From the NCBI GenBank assembly GCA_963674745.2, contig CAXXDV010000003.1:128001-192000 (forward strand): a DNA stretch of 64,000 nt. The letters are read 5' to 3'. A program made the position numbers and the translations under genes. The stretch is from Desulfosudaceae bacterium (GTDB lineage: Bacteria > Desulfobacterota > Desulfobacteria > Desulfobacterales > Desulfosudaceae). The notes under the pieces were generated by a model. The model did no database searches. It worked only from the letters and a program-made list of their open reading frames with translations, and had not been told where the DNA came from. Below, in pieces: positions 39,100 to 48,713 of this stretch. Each line of letters begins with the position of its first letter. Position 1 is the first letter of the stretch.

Positions 39100-40310
39100 C
39101 GTGGATCCAGCAGCTGAACGTCAATCATTTCGTCTGTTTTCAGCGCTTCAATCCCTTCCGGGATGACAATCAGGGCATTTTTCCTGGCCATGGACTGCAG
39201 ACGACTTTTCTGTCGTAAAGGGCTTACCAGCAGATTCCGGTCATCGGTTTCCACCCGGGCGTGTATAAACTGGGTCCATTTGCGGTCGCCTGTGACGGTT
39301 TCGGTCAGTACGGCCTTTGCTGTGGGGAACCGCACGGCGGTTTCACCCTTCATTTTGAGAAGGCCGGGCAAGGCAATCTGCAGAAAGGCCATTTCATTGG
39401 ATGGCGGACCGCCGGGCAGGCAGAAGAATGGTTTTTTATCGAGCAGTCCGAAGGCGATTGCCTTACCCGGTCCGATTCGCACCCGGTGGTAGATTCCCTG
39501 CCAGTTTAATTCGCTCAGCACCTGGATCATCATATCGCGTTCGCTTCCCCAGATACCGCCGCTGGTGATAAAGGCGTCGACATGAGGCCGGGCTTCTCGT
39601 ATGGCCCGCAGGATGTCTTCTGTTTTATCTTTGGCCATGTCAACCCGGTAATCGATCTGGTAGTGCCGGAGCCAGGAACAGATTTCCACCAGGTTACTGG
39701 CGTAAAGTTTTCCTTCAGGCAGGGGCTGGCCGGGAGCCACCACTTCATCGCCGGTGGCAATGACGGCCACCCAGGGCAGCCTGAACACCTCTGCTTTTTC
39801 AAGGCCGGCGGTGGCCATCAAACCGGTCAGGGCGGGCGTAATTCTTTCAAATTTTTCAGCCACGGTTTCTCCCTGACGGATATCGCTTCCTCTGGGCAGG
39901 ATATTCCTTCCAGGTTCCGCCGTGTTCATGCAGATAATTTTGTCTTTTCCGGGCGCGACGAATTCTTCCGATAAAACCGCATCAGCGCCCTCGGGGACGG
40001 CACCGCCGGTGGTGATTCTGACGGCTCTACCGGGGATAACGGCCTGTTCGCTCAAGTTGCCGGCGGTAATGTGACCGTCTAATGTTAGTGTAACCGGATT
40101 CGCATCAGAGGCCCCGGCCACGTCCTGAGAACACACGGCATAACCGTCTTTAAGGGAGGCATGGATTGAAGGGCTGTCTACTTTTGCGACCAGGTCGGCA
40201 GCCAGCACCCGGTCGGTCAGACAGGGCAATTCAATGCTTTCCGATCCTATTGTTTGTATATGTTCCAGCGTCAGGGAAATCGCCTCATCATACCCGATAA
40301 ATTTTTTCAT
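39096..40310 (-). CDS. moeA: molybdopterin molybdotransferase MoeA (second, divergent paralog)
   Basis: SLKDGYAV, ITTGG, ATGDEV, TSGG, GPGK, LPGGPPS. Confidence 0.9.
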   Translation of the reverse strand: MKKFIGYDEAISLTLEHIQTIGSESIELPCLTDRVLAADLVAKVDSPSIHASLKDGYAVCSQDVAGASDANPVTLTLDGHITAGNLSEQAVIPGRAVRITTGGAVPEGADAVLSEEFVAPGKDKIICMNTAEPGRNILPRGSDIRQGETVAEKFERITPALTGLMATAGLEKAEVFRLPWVAVIATGDEVVAPGQPLPEGKLYASNLVEICSWLRHYQIDYRVDMAKDKTEDILRAIREARPHVDAFITSGGIWGSERDMMIQVLSELNWQGIYHRVRIGPGKAIAFGLLDKKPFFCLPGGPPSNEMAFLQIALPGLLKMKGETAVRFPTAKAVLTETVTGDRKWTQFIHARVETDDRNLLVSPLRQKSRLQSMARKNALIVIPEGIEALKTDEMIDVQLLDPR

Positions 40311-40328
40311 AGCCCGGATGCTAGCATG

Positions 40329-40664
40329 TTATCAACATCTTATCAATAACTTGTCGACAGGTTATGAACATATGCAAACATTTGATATGAAGAGGATAAT
40401 TGAAAATAACGGCCGGTCCGGGAAAAGTTATGAACATTTTCCGGATGTTCACTGTTAAAAGCCTTATTTTAAAAATGGACAAGACCAATTTTGGGGTTAT
40501 GAACACCTTATTAACATTATTAACCCCTTTTATTTCCATGTATAATGTGTTACATAAGCCATCCGGTGAGAAATTATGAACAGTTTTGTCAATATTCAGA
40601 AATTCACACTATTACTGAGGATTATGGCTTTTTGAACAAATTACGAACATCCCTTTGTTCATTT
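40329..40664. repeat. cluster of DnaA-box-like 9-mers (TTWTNAACA)
   Basis: Copies at 40329, 40340, 40351, 40362, 40428, 40497, 40508, 40517, 40574, 40630, 40641 and a reversed one at 40656; several have 11-bp spacing. Confidence 0.7.
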
Positions 40665-40847
40665 TTTTATTCCCTTGGTGCCTGGAATCCCGGACCCCCT
40701 TTCATCAAATGTAAAACATTTGTAAATGCCGAAAATCAGGGGTGCTTAAAATTCCAATCTAAATTATAAGGGATAAAATTTGCTACCACTGTGATAATCA
40801 GGCGATGGGTCGCCTGTGATGATCTTTTTTGGAGAGAGAGGATCAAG

Positions 40848-41762
40848 ATGTTTTCATTTTTGCCGCAAGTCGTGCGAGGTGTGCTGTCGATTTTACTTTA
40901 TGCGGTCAATACCATTTTTTGGTGTATACCGCTGTTTACCGTAGCGATTTTAAAGCTCTGCCTTCCTGTTGCCGCATTCCGAAGGCTTTGCAACCGTATA
41001 CTGGTCCATATCTCCTTTGCCTGGATTCGGTGTAATAACTTAAATCAGGATCTTTTTCACAAACTGGATATCGTTGTTGAAGGCGCCGATAATTTAAAGC
41101 CCGATGACTGGTACCTGGTCGTCAGCAACCATCAGACCTGGGTGGATATCCTTGTTCTGCAACGGGTTTTTTACCGTAAAATTCCGTTTCTCAAATTTTT
41201 TTTAAAAAAAGAACTGATCTGGGTGCCGGTTATGGGACTGGCCTGGTGGGCCCTTGATTTTCCGTTCATGAAGCGCTATTCCGGTGAGTTCCTCAAGAAG
41301 AATCCCCACCTTAAGGGTAAAGACATAGAGATCACCAAAAAGGCCTGTGAAAAATTTTCCGAAATGCCGGTATCGGTCATGAACTTCCTGGAAGGTACCC
41401 GTTTTACCGCGCACAAACACCAGTCCCAGCAATCGCCTTACGATCATCTGTTAAAACCCAAGGCCGGCGGAATCGCCTTTGTTCTGGCAGCCATGGGGCA
41501 GCATCTGAGCAGTATCGTTAATGTGAGCATTGTCTATCCTTCCGGGCCGAAAAGTTACTGGGATTTTATGTGCGGACGGGTCACCCATATACGGGTTCAT
41601 GTTGAGGTGCTTCCCATTACCGACCAGTTGATCGGTGATTATTTTGAAGACGAAGGATTCAGGGACGGGTTTCAGGAGTGGGTCAACCAGCTGTGGACGG
41701 CCAAAGACCAACGGTTGGCGGAAATGATTCGCGAACTGCCGGAGAATCTGCCCCCCAATTGA
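40848..41762 (+). CDS. PlsC-family acyltransferase (YihG-like)
   Basis: NHQTWVD, FFLKKEL, FPFMKR, FLEGTRF, LLKPKAGG. Confidence 0.92.
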   Translation: MFSFLPQVVRGVLSILLYAVNTIFWCIPLFTVAILKLCLPVAAFRRLCNRILVHISFAWIRCNNLNQDLFHKLDIVVEGADNLKPDDWYLVVSNHQTWVDILVLQRVFYRKIPFLKFFLKKELIWVPVMGLAWWALDFPFMKRYSGEFLKKNPHLKGKDIEITKKACEKFSEMPVSVMNFLEGTRFTAHKHQSQQSPYDHLLKPKAGGIAFVLAAMGQHLSSIVNVSIVYPSGPKSYWDFMCGRVTHIRVHVEVLPITDQLIGDYFEDEGFRDGFQEWVNQLWTAKDQRLAEMIRELPENLPPN

Positions 41763-41869
41763 TTCTGTGATGGCCGGCGATAACACCTGATTTCAATTTT
41801 CTGCCGCATTTTTTGAAGTTTGCGGGCTTTTTGCTGGAAGGATACACCGCCCGAATTGTTTCGGGGTGA

Positions 41870-42862
41870 TCATTTCACCCGGTAATACAGGCCTTTTGAG
41901 AGGCCCGGGGGACCTTCTGTGATTTCTCCCTTTTTCTCCAGATGTTCAAGCGTTAATCGGACCCACCCTTCGGCAAACAACCTTTTTTTAGCTTCAGCGC
42001 CGGTATACATGGCTTTTAAGAGCTGCTTGATAGAAATGCCCTTTTGGCCGGCTTTCCGGACTAAGGTTGAAATTTCCCGGGTGCGCTCCAGCCGGTGTTC
42101 GATCAGTTCCTTGACGCGGGGGCGGGGATCCGTAATGGGGCTTCCGTGGGCGCTTAAGATCAGGTCCAGTCTGGGCAGGGCCAGAACCTTTTCCATGGTC
42201 TGTATATAAGCCTCCAGATCAGAACGGGGAGGGCCGAGCCAGGTGGTTACCGAACGCATGATATTATCTCCGGAAAAGAGAATCCCTTTTTCCTGATGAT
42301 AGAGAAAGATGTGGTCGTCACAATGGCCGGGGGCGGGAAAAATCTGCCAGGTTTCGTTGTTTATCGATAATGTGTCTTTTTCATGAACAATTTCGTCGGG
42401 ATCAGTGGTGAAACGTGTCCCCAGCAGGGCGGGTTGTAAATATCTGAGCACAAAGGTGGTGGCCAGTCGCCCGATGACGCCGGCACCATCATTATTGTCG
42501 GCTGTTTTTTTATAGTAATATTTGCGGGAAGTCATGCTGGTGGCCATTTTTTCAGTCAGAAGCGTTTTGACACCGAACTTTTTTTTAAGATAGGGCAGTC
42601 CGGAAATATGATCGGGATGTGTGTGGCTTGGCAGCGCGCGGGTGATGTTGAACTTGCCGCCACGGGATGTTACCAGTGTTTTAATGCGGTCCATCTCTTT
42701 ACCGAGATGCGCCAGGATTTTTTTACGACCATACCCGGCGTCAAAGATCAGGCCGTCATCACCCGTAAGGACATAGAGGTTGACCGGCGGCATTAATGCC
42801 CCCATGGTGCCGGTTTCGGTGATCATGAAAATATCGGGGTAAATTTCTTCCATATGGACCAT
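41870..42862 (-). CDS. metallo-beta-lactamase fold hydrolase
   Basis: SHTHPDH, PGHCDDH, FSGD, SAHG. Confidence 0.9.
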   Translation of the reverse strand: MVHMEEIYPDIFMITETGTMGALMPPVNLYVLTGDDGLIFDAGYGRKKILAHLGKEMDRIKTLVTSRGGKFNITRALPSHTHPDHISGLPYLKKKFGVKTLLTEKMATSMTSRKYYYKKTADNNDGAGVIGRLATTFVLRYLQPALLGTRFTTDPDEIVHEKDTLSINNETWQIFPAPGHCDDHIFLYHQEKGILFSGDNIMRSVTTWLGPPRSDLEAYIQTMEKVLALPRLDLILSAHGSPITDPRPRVKELIEHRLERTREISTLVRKAGQKGISIKQLLKAMYTGAEAKKRLFAEGWVRLTLEHLEKKGEITEGPPGLSKGLYYRVK

Positions 42863-43003
42863 TTATGTACCGGTGATTTTCTTTTTTGTAAATAGTCTTG
42901 CTATTGTGAACTTTTTTAGTTTAAAGTTGAACTTTGTATTGTGCACTTTATGGCGACCATATTTAAACAGAAATGTAATTAATTGTAAGTAAAGGAGTCT
43001 GAT

Positions 43004-44269
43004 ATGCGTGATGTCTATGTGATCGGTGTGGGGATGACCAAATTCGGGAAACATATGGACAGAAACATGAAATCCCTGGCTGCTGAAGCGACCCACCTGG
43101 CACTTGAACATGCCGGAATCACAAAAGAAAAAGTTCAGGCGGCGGTGGTCGGCAATGCCTATCAGGGACTGGCTACCGGTCAGGAATCCATTCGGGGTCA
43201 GGTGGTGCTGAGGGCCATGGGCATCGGTAATATCCCGGTGACCAACGTGGAAAACGCCTGCTGCTCTTCAGCTACGGCCCTGCAGGTGGCCTGGATGGAT
43301 GTCGCCCTGGGGCTGCATGACGTGGCCCTGGTGCTGGGTATGGAAAAGATGTTCCTGGAAGACCGGGCGGCACGGCTCAAACTTTATTCCTCCTCTGCCG
43401 ATGTGGAGGTCGTGGAGCAGATCGTGGCGGCCATGAAAGCCGATGCCGAAAGAAAGCGGAAAGAGGCCGAAGAAAAAGGCGAGGCCAAGGACGATAAAAA
43501 AGACGAAAAAAAGTCCAAGGGCGGCAGTGCCTTCATGGAAATATACGCCATGGGAACGCGGCTGCACATGGATAAATACGGCCTGACCCAGCGGCAGTTG
43601 GCCTGTGTCAGTTCGAAAAACCACAACCACAGCGTTCACAATCCGTTTGCCCAGTATCAGAAGCCGTTTACCGTGGAAGAGGTCCTGGCGGCGCCGCTGA
43701 TCGCTTATCCCCTGACCCTGCCCATGTGTTCACCGGTTGGTGACGGCGCGGCCGCCCTGATCATCTGTTCCAAAGATTACGTCAAAAAACTGGGCGTTTC
43801 AAAGCCGGTCAAGATTCTGGCCACGGTACTCGGCGGCGGCATGGACCGGGGCTTTGATGATCCGGACATCGGGGAACGGCTGGCCAAAGTCGCCTATGAA
43901 ACAGCCGGGGTCGGGCCTGAAGATATCGACGTGGCCGAATTCCATGACGCCACCGCTTTTGGGGAAGTGTTGCAGACCGAAGCGTTGGGCTTCTGCCCAC
44001 GGGGTGAGGGCGGTATTTTTGCCGAACAGGGGCATTCCACCATTGGCGGTAAACTGCCCATTAATCCTTCCGGCGGCCTGGAATCAAAGGGCCATCCCGT
44101 GGGCGCCACCGGTGCCGGTCAGATTGCGGAACTGGTCTGGCAGCTTCGGGGAGAGGCCGGTAAAAGACAGGTGGAAAATGCCCGCATCGCGCTGGCCGAA
44201 AACGGCGGCGGCAATATCGGCATCGAAGAAGCGGCCATGATGCTGACCATACTGCAAGCGGACTTTTAA
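43004..44269 (+). CDS. thiolase, SCP-x/non-specific lipid-transfer type
   Basis: GVGMTKFGK, VENACCSS, DGAAA, EFHDA, NPSGGL..GHPVGATG. Confidence 0.92.
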   Translation: MRDVYVIGVGMTKFGKHMDRNMKSLAAEATHLALEHAGITKEKVQAAVVGNAYQGLATGQESIRGQVVLRAMGIGNIPVTNVENACCSSATALQVAWMDVALGLHDVALVLGMEKMFLEDRAARLKLYSSSADVEVVEQIVAAMKADAERKRKEAEEKGEAKDDKKDEKKSKGGSAFMEIYAMGTRLHMDKYGLTQRQLACVSSKNHNHSVHNPFAQYQKPFTVEEVLAAPLIAYPLTLPMCSPVGDGAAALIICSKDYVKKLGVSKPVKILATVLGGGMDRGFDDPDIGERLAKVAYETAGVGPEDIDVAEFHDATAFGEVLQTEALGFCPRGEGGIFAEQGHSTIGGKLPINPSGGLESKGHPVGATGAGQIAELVWQLRGEAGKRQVENARIALAENGGGNIGIEEAAMMLTILQADF

Positions 44270-44275
44270 TAACTT

Positions 44276-44316
44276 GTGGTTATGTGGTTAAGTGTTTAGG
44301 TGGTTAAGGTGTTTCG
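44276..44316. repeat. octamer tandem array (GTGGTTAT GTGGTTAA GTGTTTAG GTGGTTAA ..)
   Basis: 8-bp periodicity immediately after the thiolase stop. Confidence 0.7.
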
Positions 44317-44362
44317 TTCCAGGTGTTAAGCGTCCTAACTGACGGTTATGGTGAGGTTTAAA

Positions 44363-44400
44363 CCCCTTGACCCTGGACCCCTTGAATCCTTGAACCCTTC
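44363..44400. repeat. octamer array (CCCCTTGA CCCTGGA CCCCTTGA ATCCTTGA ACCCTTC)
   Basis: Same family as 3530, 3739 and 45976. Confidence 0.8.
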
Positions 44401-44445
44401 ATCTATCCTTTGACGGGAGAAAGCTAAAAAAAGGATGTATTTCAT

Positions 44446-45963
44446 ATGGCAGACAACATTACGCCCGTCATCATCGGTGTCGGACAGATTACGGAAAAGG
44501 ATGTGCCGCCCGGGGCGGCGCGATCGCCTCTGCAGTTGATGTCGGATGCGGTGCGACTGGCGGCCGAAAATGCCGGTATTTCAGAAGGAAACCTGGCGGC
44601 CGCGGATCATGTCATGGTGACGACCCTGTTCACCGATGACGGCATGAGCAATCCGGCCGGCTGTCTGGCCGATGCGATCGGCGCGGGTCCGGCCGTTTGT
44701 ATCATGTCCGGTTTCGGCGGCACCTCGCCACAGGCCATGCTGGCCCATGCCGCCGGGTTGATCAACGACGGCAAGGCCGGGCTGGTGGTGCTGGCCGGAG
44801 CCGAAGCCCAGCGGACCAAGCTGGATGCCGGACGTCAGGGCGTGAAGCTGAACTGGGGCGCATCAACGGACCGGGACGACCCGGCACTGTTCTCATCGAT
44901 TGGTGCGGCCGACGGGGCCACTAACAGCGAGCACACTCACAGCTTGTCTGTTCCGGCTTACGTTTATCCGATGTTTGAAAACGCGCTGCGCCGTCATTAT
45001 AAACGTTCGCTTGATGACCATCGGCTCCAAGTGGGCCGGATGATGAGCCGGCTGTCCGCGGTTGCCGCGAAAAACCCAGATGCCTGGTTTCAGCAGGAAC
45101 GCACCGCTGAAGAAATCATCAGCGTTTCGGCGACCAATCGCAACACGGCTTTGCCCTATACCAAGCTGATGAATGCCATGCTCATGGTCAACCAGGCGGC
45201 CGCCGTGATTGTCACTTCTTCAGATAAAGCAAAGAAGATGGGCGTCTCGCCGGAAAAACCGGTATATATCCATGGCTACGGTGAGGCGACCGATCACTGG
45301 CATGTGCTGACCCGGGAGAATTATTGCAGTTCCCCGGCCATCCGGACGATAGCGGATAAAATATTCATTGACGCGGACTGCACGCTGGAGGATATCTCTT
45401 TTTTTGATCTATACAGTTGCTTCCCCTCCTCGGTTCAGATCACCCGGGACATGATCGGCCTGTCGGTCGATGACAAACGTGACCTGACAATAACCGGCGG
45501 GCTGCCGTATTTCGGCGGGCCGGGCAACAATTACGTCATGCACGCCATTGCCCGTATGGTTGAAAAACTGCGGGAGAATTCCGGCAGTAAAGGGCTGGTG
45601 ACCGGAAATTCTTTCTATATGTCAAAACATTGCGCCTGTATTTACAGCAGCATTCCCCTTGTCGGTGCGCCCTGGCGGGCAGATCTTGCCGGCTGTCAGC
45701 AGACGGTTGACAGCCGCCCACGGCCGGCGGTCGCGGATGATCCGACCGGTACCGGGCGGATCGAGACGTATACGGTGACATTCGGGCAGGACAATGAACC
45801 GGACACCGGCATCATTATCGGCCGTACCGACGACGGCCGGCGGTTCGCGGCCTATACGCCCAAGGACACGGAGCTGCTAAAATCCATGACAGTCGAGGAT
45901 TTTTTTGATATCAAAGGAACTGTCAGCCAGGAAGGTATGGTCAACACCTTTAAACCGGTTTAA
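44446..45963 (+). CDS. thiolase-like protein (acetyl-CoA acetyltransferase-like, with C-terminal extra domain)
   Basis: PVIIGVGQ, GGTSPQ, VNQAAA, DLYSCFP, TGGLPYFGGPGNNY, IETYTV. Confidence 0.88.
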   Translation: MADNITPVIIGVGQITEKDVPPGAARSPLQLMSDAVRLAAENAGISEGNLAAADHVMVTTLFTDDGMSNPAGCLADAIGAGPAVCIMSGFGGTSPQAMLAHAAGLINDGKAGLVVLAGAEAQRTKLDAGRQGVKLNWGASTDRDDPALFSSIGAADGATNSEHTHSLSVPAYVYPMFENALRRHYKRSLDDHRLQVGRMMSRLSAVAAKNPDAWFQQERTAEEIISVSATNRNTALPYTKLMNAMLMVNQAAAVIVTSSDKAKKMGVSPEKPVYIHGYGEATDHWHVLTRENYCSSPAIRTIADKIFIDADCTLEDISFFDLYSCFPSSVQITRDMIGLSVDDKRDLTITGGLPYFGGPGNNYVMHAIARMVEKLRENSGSKGLVTGNSFYMSKHCACIYSSIPLVGAPWRADLAGCQQTVDSRPRPAVADDPTGTGRIETYTVTFGQDNEPDTGIIIGRTDDGRRFAAYTPKDTELLKSMTVEDFFDIKGTVSQEGMVNTFKPV

Positions 45964-45975
45964 GCCGGTTTTTGA

Positions 45976-46015
45976 TCACTTGACCCCTTGAACCCTCGAC
46001 CCCTTGAATCCTTTT
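45976..46015. repeat. octamer array (TCACTTGA CCCCTTGA ACCCTCGA CCCCTTGA ATCCTTTT)
   Basis: 8-bp periodicity; same family as above. Confidence 0.8.
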
Positions 46016-46070
46016 GTCTTTGGTCTCCGGCTGGACGGTTGGAATCATCATTAGTTCAAAGGAGAAAGAT

Positions 46071-46895
46071 ATGCTTCGAGTGGGAATGTCCGGCATAGCC
46101 GTAATGCTGCTGCCCATGAGAGAGGCGATTTCCACCGCCGTTGATCTGGGGTACGACGCCTTTGAATTGTCCGGCGAATTCCCCCAGTGTTTGTGCGATG
46201 AGGTCAGCGAAGAAGAACGGCGCCTGACCAGGGAACTGGTAGAAACCTCCGGACTGTTTGTTTCCGTGCACGCCCCTTTTACCAGCCTGAATATCGCTGC
46301 CCTCAACCCGGGGGTGCGGGCAGAATCCATCCGTCAGGTCAAAGCGGCCATCGATCTTTGCGCGGATATCGGCGGCAGGCATGTGACTGTTCACAACGGT
46401 GAGTACATCCTCTCCAAGAATTTCAGAAAAAAGGTTCCCGAGATCGCTCAGATTCAGTGGGATTATAATATTGAATCCTTGAAATCAGTCGCGGATCACG
46501 GACAGAAACGGGGCGTCATTCTGTGCCTTGAAAATATCGGGTTTGAATCCAACTCCATTGACCGAACGGCAGATGACATGCTGACCATACGGGAAGTGGT
46601 GGACTCGCCGGCACTTTATTTCTGTATCGATATCGGGCACGCCCGGCTGAACAACGAACTGGAAGCCGTGATTGAAAAAATGGGGCCCCTGACCCGGCAC
46701 GTTCATTTTACCGATAACCTGGGCCAGGTGGACGACCACCTGATTATCGGCACCGGTAATTTTGACTATTCACCCTGTCTTGAATTTATCAACCAGTTTG
46801 ACGGTCCCGTCATTCTCGAAGTGGTCAAGGTCGGCACCGATCCGGAACCGGCCAGGAAAAGCCTGGCCTATTTTAAGTCTTTGATGGGGATGTAA
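46071..46895 (+). CDS. sugar phosphate isomerase/epimerase (xylose isomerase-like TIM barrel)
   Basis: SVHAP, LEN, DIGH, HVHFTDN..DDH, LE; RBS AAGGAG. Confidence 0.88.
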   Translation: MLRVGMSGIAVMLLPMREAISTAVDLGYDAFELSGEFPQCLCDEVSEEERRLTRELVETSGLFVSVHAPFTSLNIAALNPGVRAESIRQVKAAIDLCADIGGRHVTVHNGEYILSKNFRKKVPEIAQIQWDYNIESLKSVADHGQKRGVILCLENIGFESNSIDRTADDMLTIREVVDSPALYFCIDIGHARLNNELEAVIEKMGPLTRHVHFTDNLGQVDDHLIIGTGNFDYSPCLEFINQFDGPVILEVVKVGTDPEPARKSLAYFKSLMGM

Positions 46896-48038
46896 ATGAC
46901 ACCTAATCGTTCAGACGACAGACAACGGGTAATGATTTTTGACGCGGACTATGAGGACGGTTCCGTGGTTGAGGCCGTTGAAGCCGCTTTTGACGCTTTT
47001 CCGCTGGATCTGGCCGGAAAAAAGGTGCTGGTCAAGCCCAATATTCTCGGCGGGCACACGCCGGAAAAGGCCGTGACCACTCATCCCGCCCTGGTTGGCG
47101 CCGTTGTCGCCCATCTGAAAAAAAACGGCGCGACGGTAATGGTGGGAGACAATTCCGGTGTGCACGGGTATGGCCGCTCCGACCAGGCCGCCCGGGTTTC
47201 GAAGATCCTGGAGGCCGCCGGGGACTGTTTTATCTCGCTGGGCAGAAAACCCGTCCGCCATGAGCTGGCGTCCCGGGACATCAGTCATGTCATGATTGCC
47301 GAAGATGTGCTGACGGCCGATATCGTTATTAATCTTCCCAAGTTGAAGACCCACGGCCTGACGTTTTATACCGGGGCCGTCAAAAATACGTTCGGTTACG
47401 TGGTCGGCGGCGATAAGATGCGGGTTCATGCCCGGGCCGTGACGCCGCGGCGATTTGCCGAAGCGCTGGTGGCTATTTACGCCATCCGCCCACCGGAACT
47501 GACCATCATGGACGCGGTCGAGGCCATGGAAGGGAACGGCCCGAGTAACGGAAAAGTGCGTCGGGTGGGCAAGGTACTGGCCGCGGACAATGCCGTCTGC
47601 CTTGACGCCACGGCGCTTCGTCTGGTCGGGAAAAAACCGGATATTGTTCCGCATCTTAAAATCGCCGCCGCCAGAGGGCTGGGAGCTATTGCCGCTTCGG
47701 AAATCCATGTTAATACGGATATTGTTCCGGTCAAAAATTTTGCCATGCCGGCCACATTCGTACCCGGCATAATGGGCATCGTGTTGAACCGTTTTCTGTC
47801 ACGCTGGATAAATTGTATTCCCGAGGTTGATGTCGCTGTCTGCAAACAGTGCGGCATCTGTGTGGCGCATTGTCCGGTGGGCGCCATGACCATGCCGCCG
47901 GAAGGATATCCGCGGGCGGATAAAGATATCTGCATCAGCTGTTATTGCTGCCAGGAAATGTGCCCCGAGGACGCGATTGTTTTACGGGGCCGTGTGATAC
48001 AGCGGCTGCGGCGTTCCATGTTTCATGAAGAAACATAA
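46896..48038 (+). CDS. DUF362 protein with C-terminal 2x[4Fe-4S] domain
   Basis: VLVKPN, TTHP, NLPKLKTH..TGAVKN, MEGNGP, two CxxCxxCxxxCP motifs. Confidence 0.92.
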   Translation: MTPNRSDDRQRVMIFDADYEDGSVVEAVEAAFDAFPLDLAGKKVLVKPNILGGHTPEKAVTTHPALVGAVVAHLKKNGATVMVGDNSGVHGYGRSDQAARVSKILEAAGDCFISLGRKPVRHELASRDISHVMIAEDVLTADIVINLPKLKTHGLTFYTGAVKNTFGYVVGGDKMRVHARAVTPRRFAEALVAIYAIRPPELTIMDAVEAMEGNGPSNGKVRRVGKVLAADNAVCLDATALRLVGKKPDIVPHLKIAAARGLGAIAASEIHVNTDIVPVKNFAMPATFVPGIMGIVLNRFLSRWINCIPEVDVAVCKQCGICVAHCPVGAMTMPPEGYPRADKDICISCYCCQEMCPEDAIVLRGRVIQRLRRSMFHEET

Positions 48039-48065
48039 CCGGGCGTTTAAAATCGGGTTGGATCT

Positions 48066-48608
48066 TTACCAGTTGAGCTTGAAAACCGTAGCCGGCGCGC
48101 CGGCCCATGAACGCTCCATGATTTCAGACCGTACCGGCTTTTGTATGACCAGTTGGATAACGCGTTCAATCCATCCCTGGGCCACGTAATACCAGGGTTC
48201 GAAATCTTTATCGAAATCCTTGACCGCCACCGTCATTTCGTTGTCCGAAATTATTGTCGCCTCCATGCGTCCGAAGTCAAACTGGTTTTTAAATATACGC
48301 TGGTATTCTTCTATAGCCGACTTGGCGTCTTTTTTCAGAAGGATACTTTTATAGATGGTTTTCACGGTTTCTTCTCCGTAAACCCTGCCCCAGTCCCTGA
48401 GCATATTGGGGTTGTTGTTGGCGGTCACGGTTGAGAGCGCCAGAAAGCAGTTTTTATACGTCTCAAAGGGGTACCAGCCGGAGGACAGGATCAGTTTGGA
48501 AATGACTTCCCGGTCTTTATCCGTGAGAAATTTGTCAAAAGAGCCTTTTTTATCCGACTTTATGGCTTTTACGAACATGATGAACATGGAACCTTTGACC
48601 TGACGCAT
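48066..48608 (-). CDS. hypothetical protein (DUF2378/V4R-like small ligand-binding fold)
   Basis: VKG start, ILSSGWYP, GW..; strong RBS AAGGAGG. Confidence 0.6.
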   Translation of the reverse strand: MRQVKGSMFIMFVKAIKSDKKGSFDKFLTDKDREVISKLILSSGWYPFETYKNCFLALSTVTANNNPNMLRDWGRVYGEETVKTIYKSILLKKDAKSAIEEYQRIFKNQFDFGRMEATIISDNEMTVAVKDFDKDFEPWYYVAQGWIERVIQLVIQKPVRSEIMERSWAGAPATVFKLNW

Positions 48609-48713
48609 GATATCCCCTCCTTATCAATGAGTTTCATACTAAACTATAACAAAAAGAATCAGATACTCAATGTATAATTTTTTGGGAGAAAATGGCATTA
48701 CGCTTTTGCCCGG

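Noticed and set aside
40321..40769. Short ORFs in the moeA-acyltransferase gap
   Set aside because: No convincing RBS or motifs; the region is better explained as a repeat-rich regulatory or replication locus
44276..46015. Octamer arrays as CRISPR
   Set aside because: Units are 8 bp and contiguous, with no spacers and no cas genes
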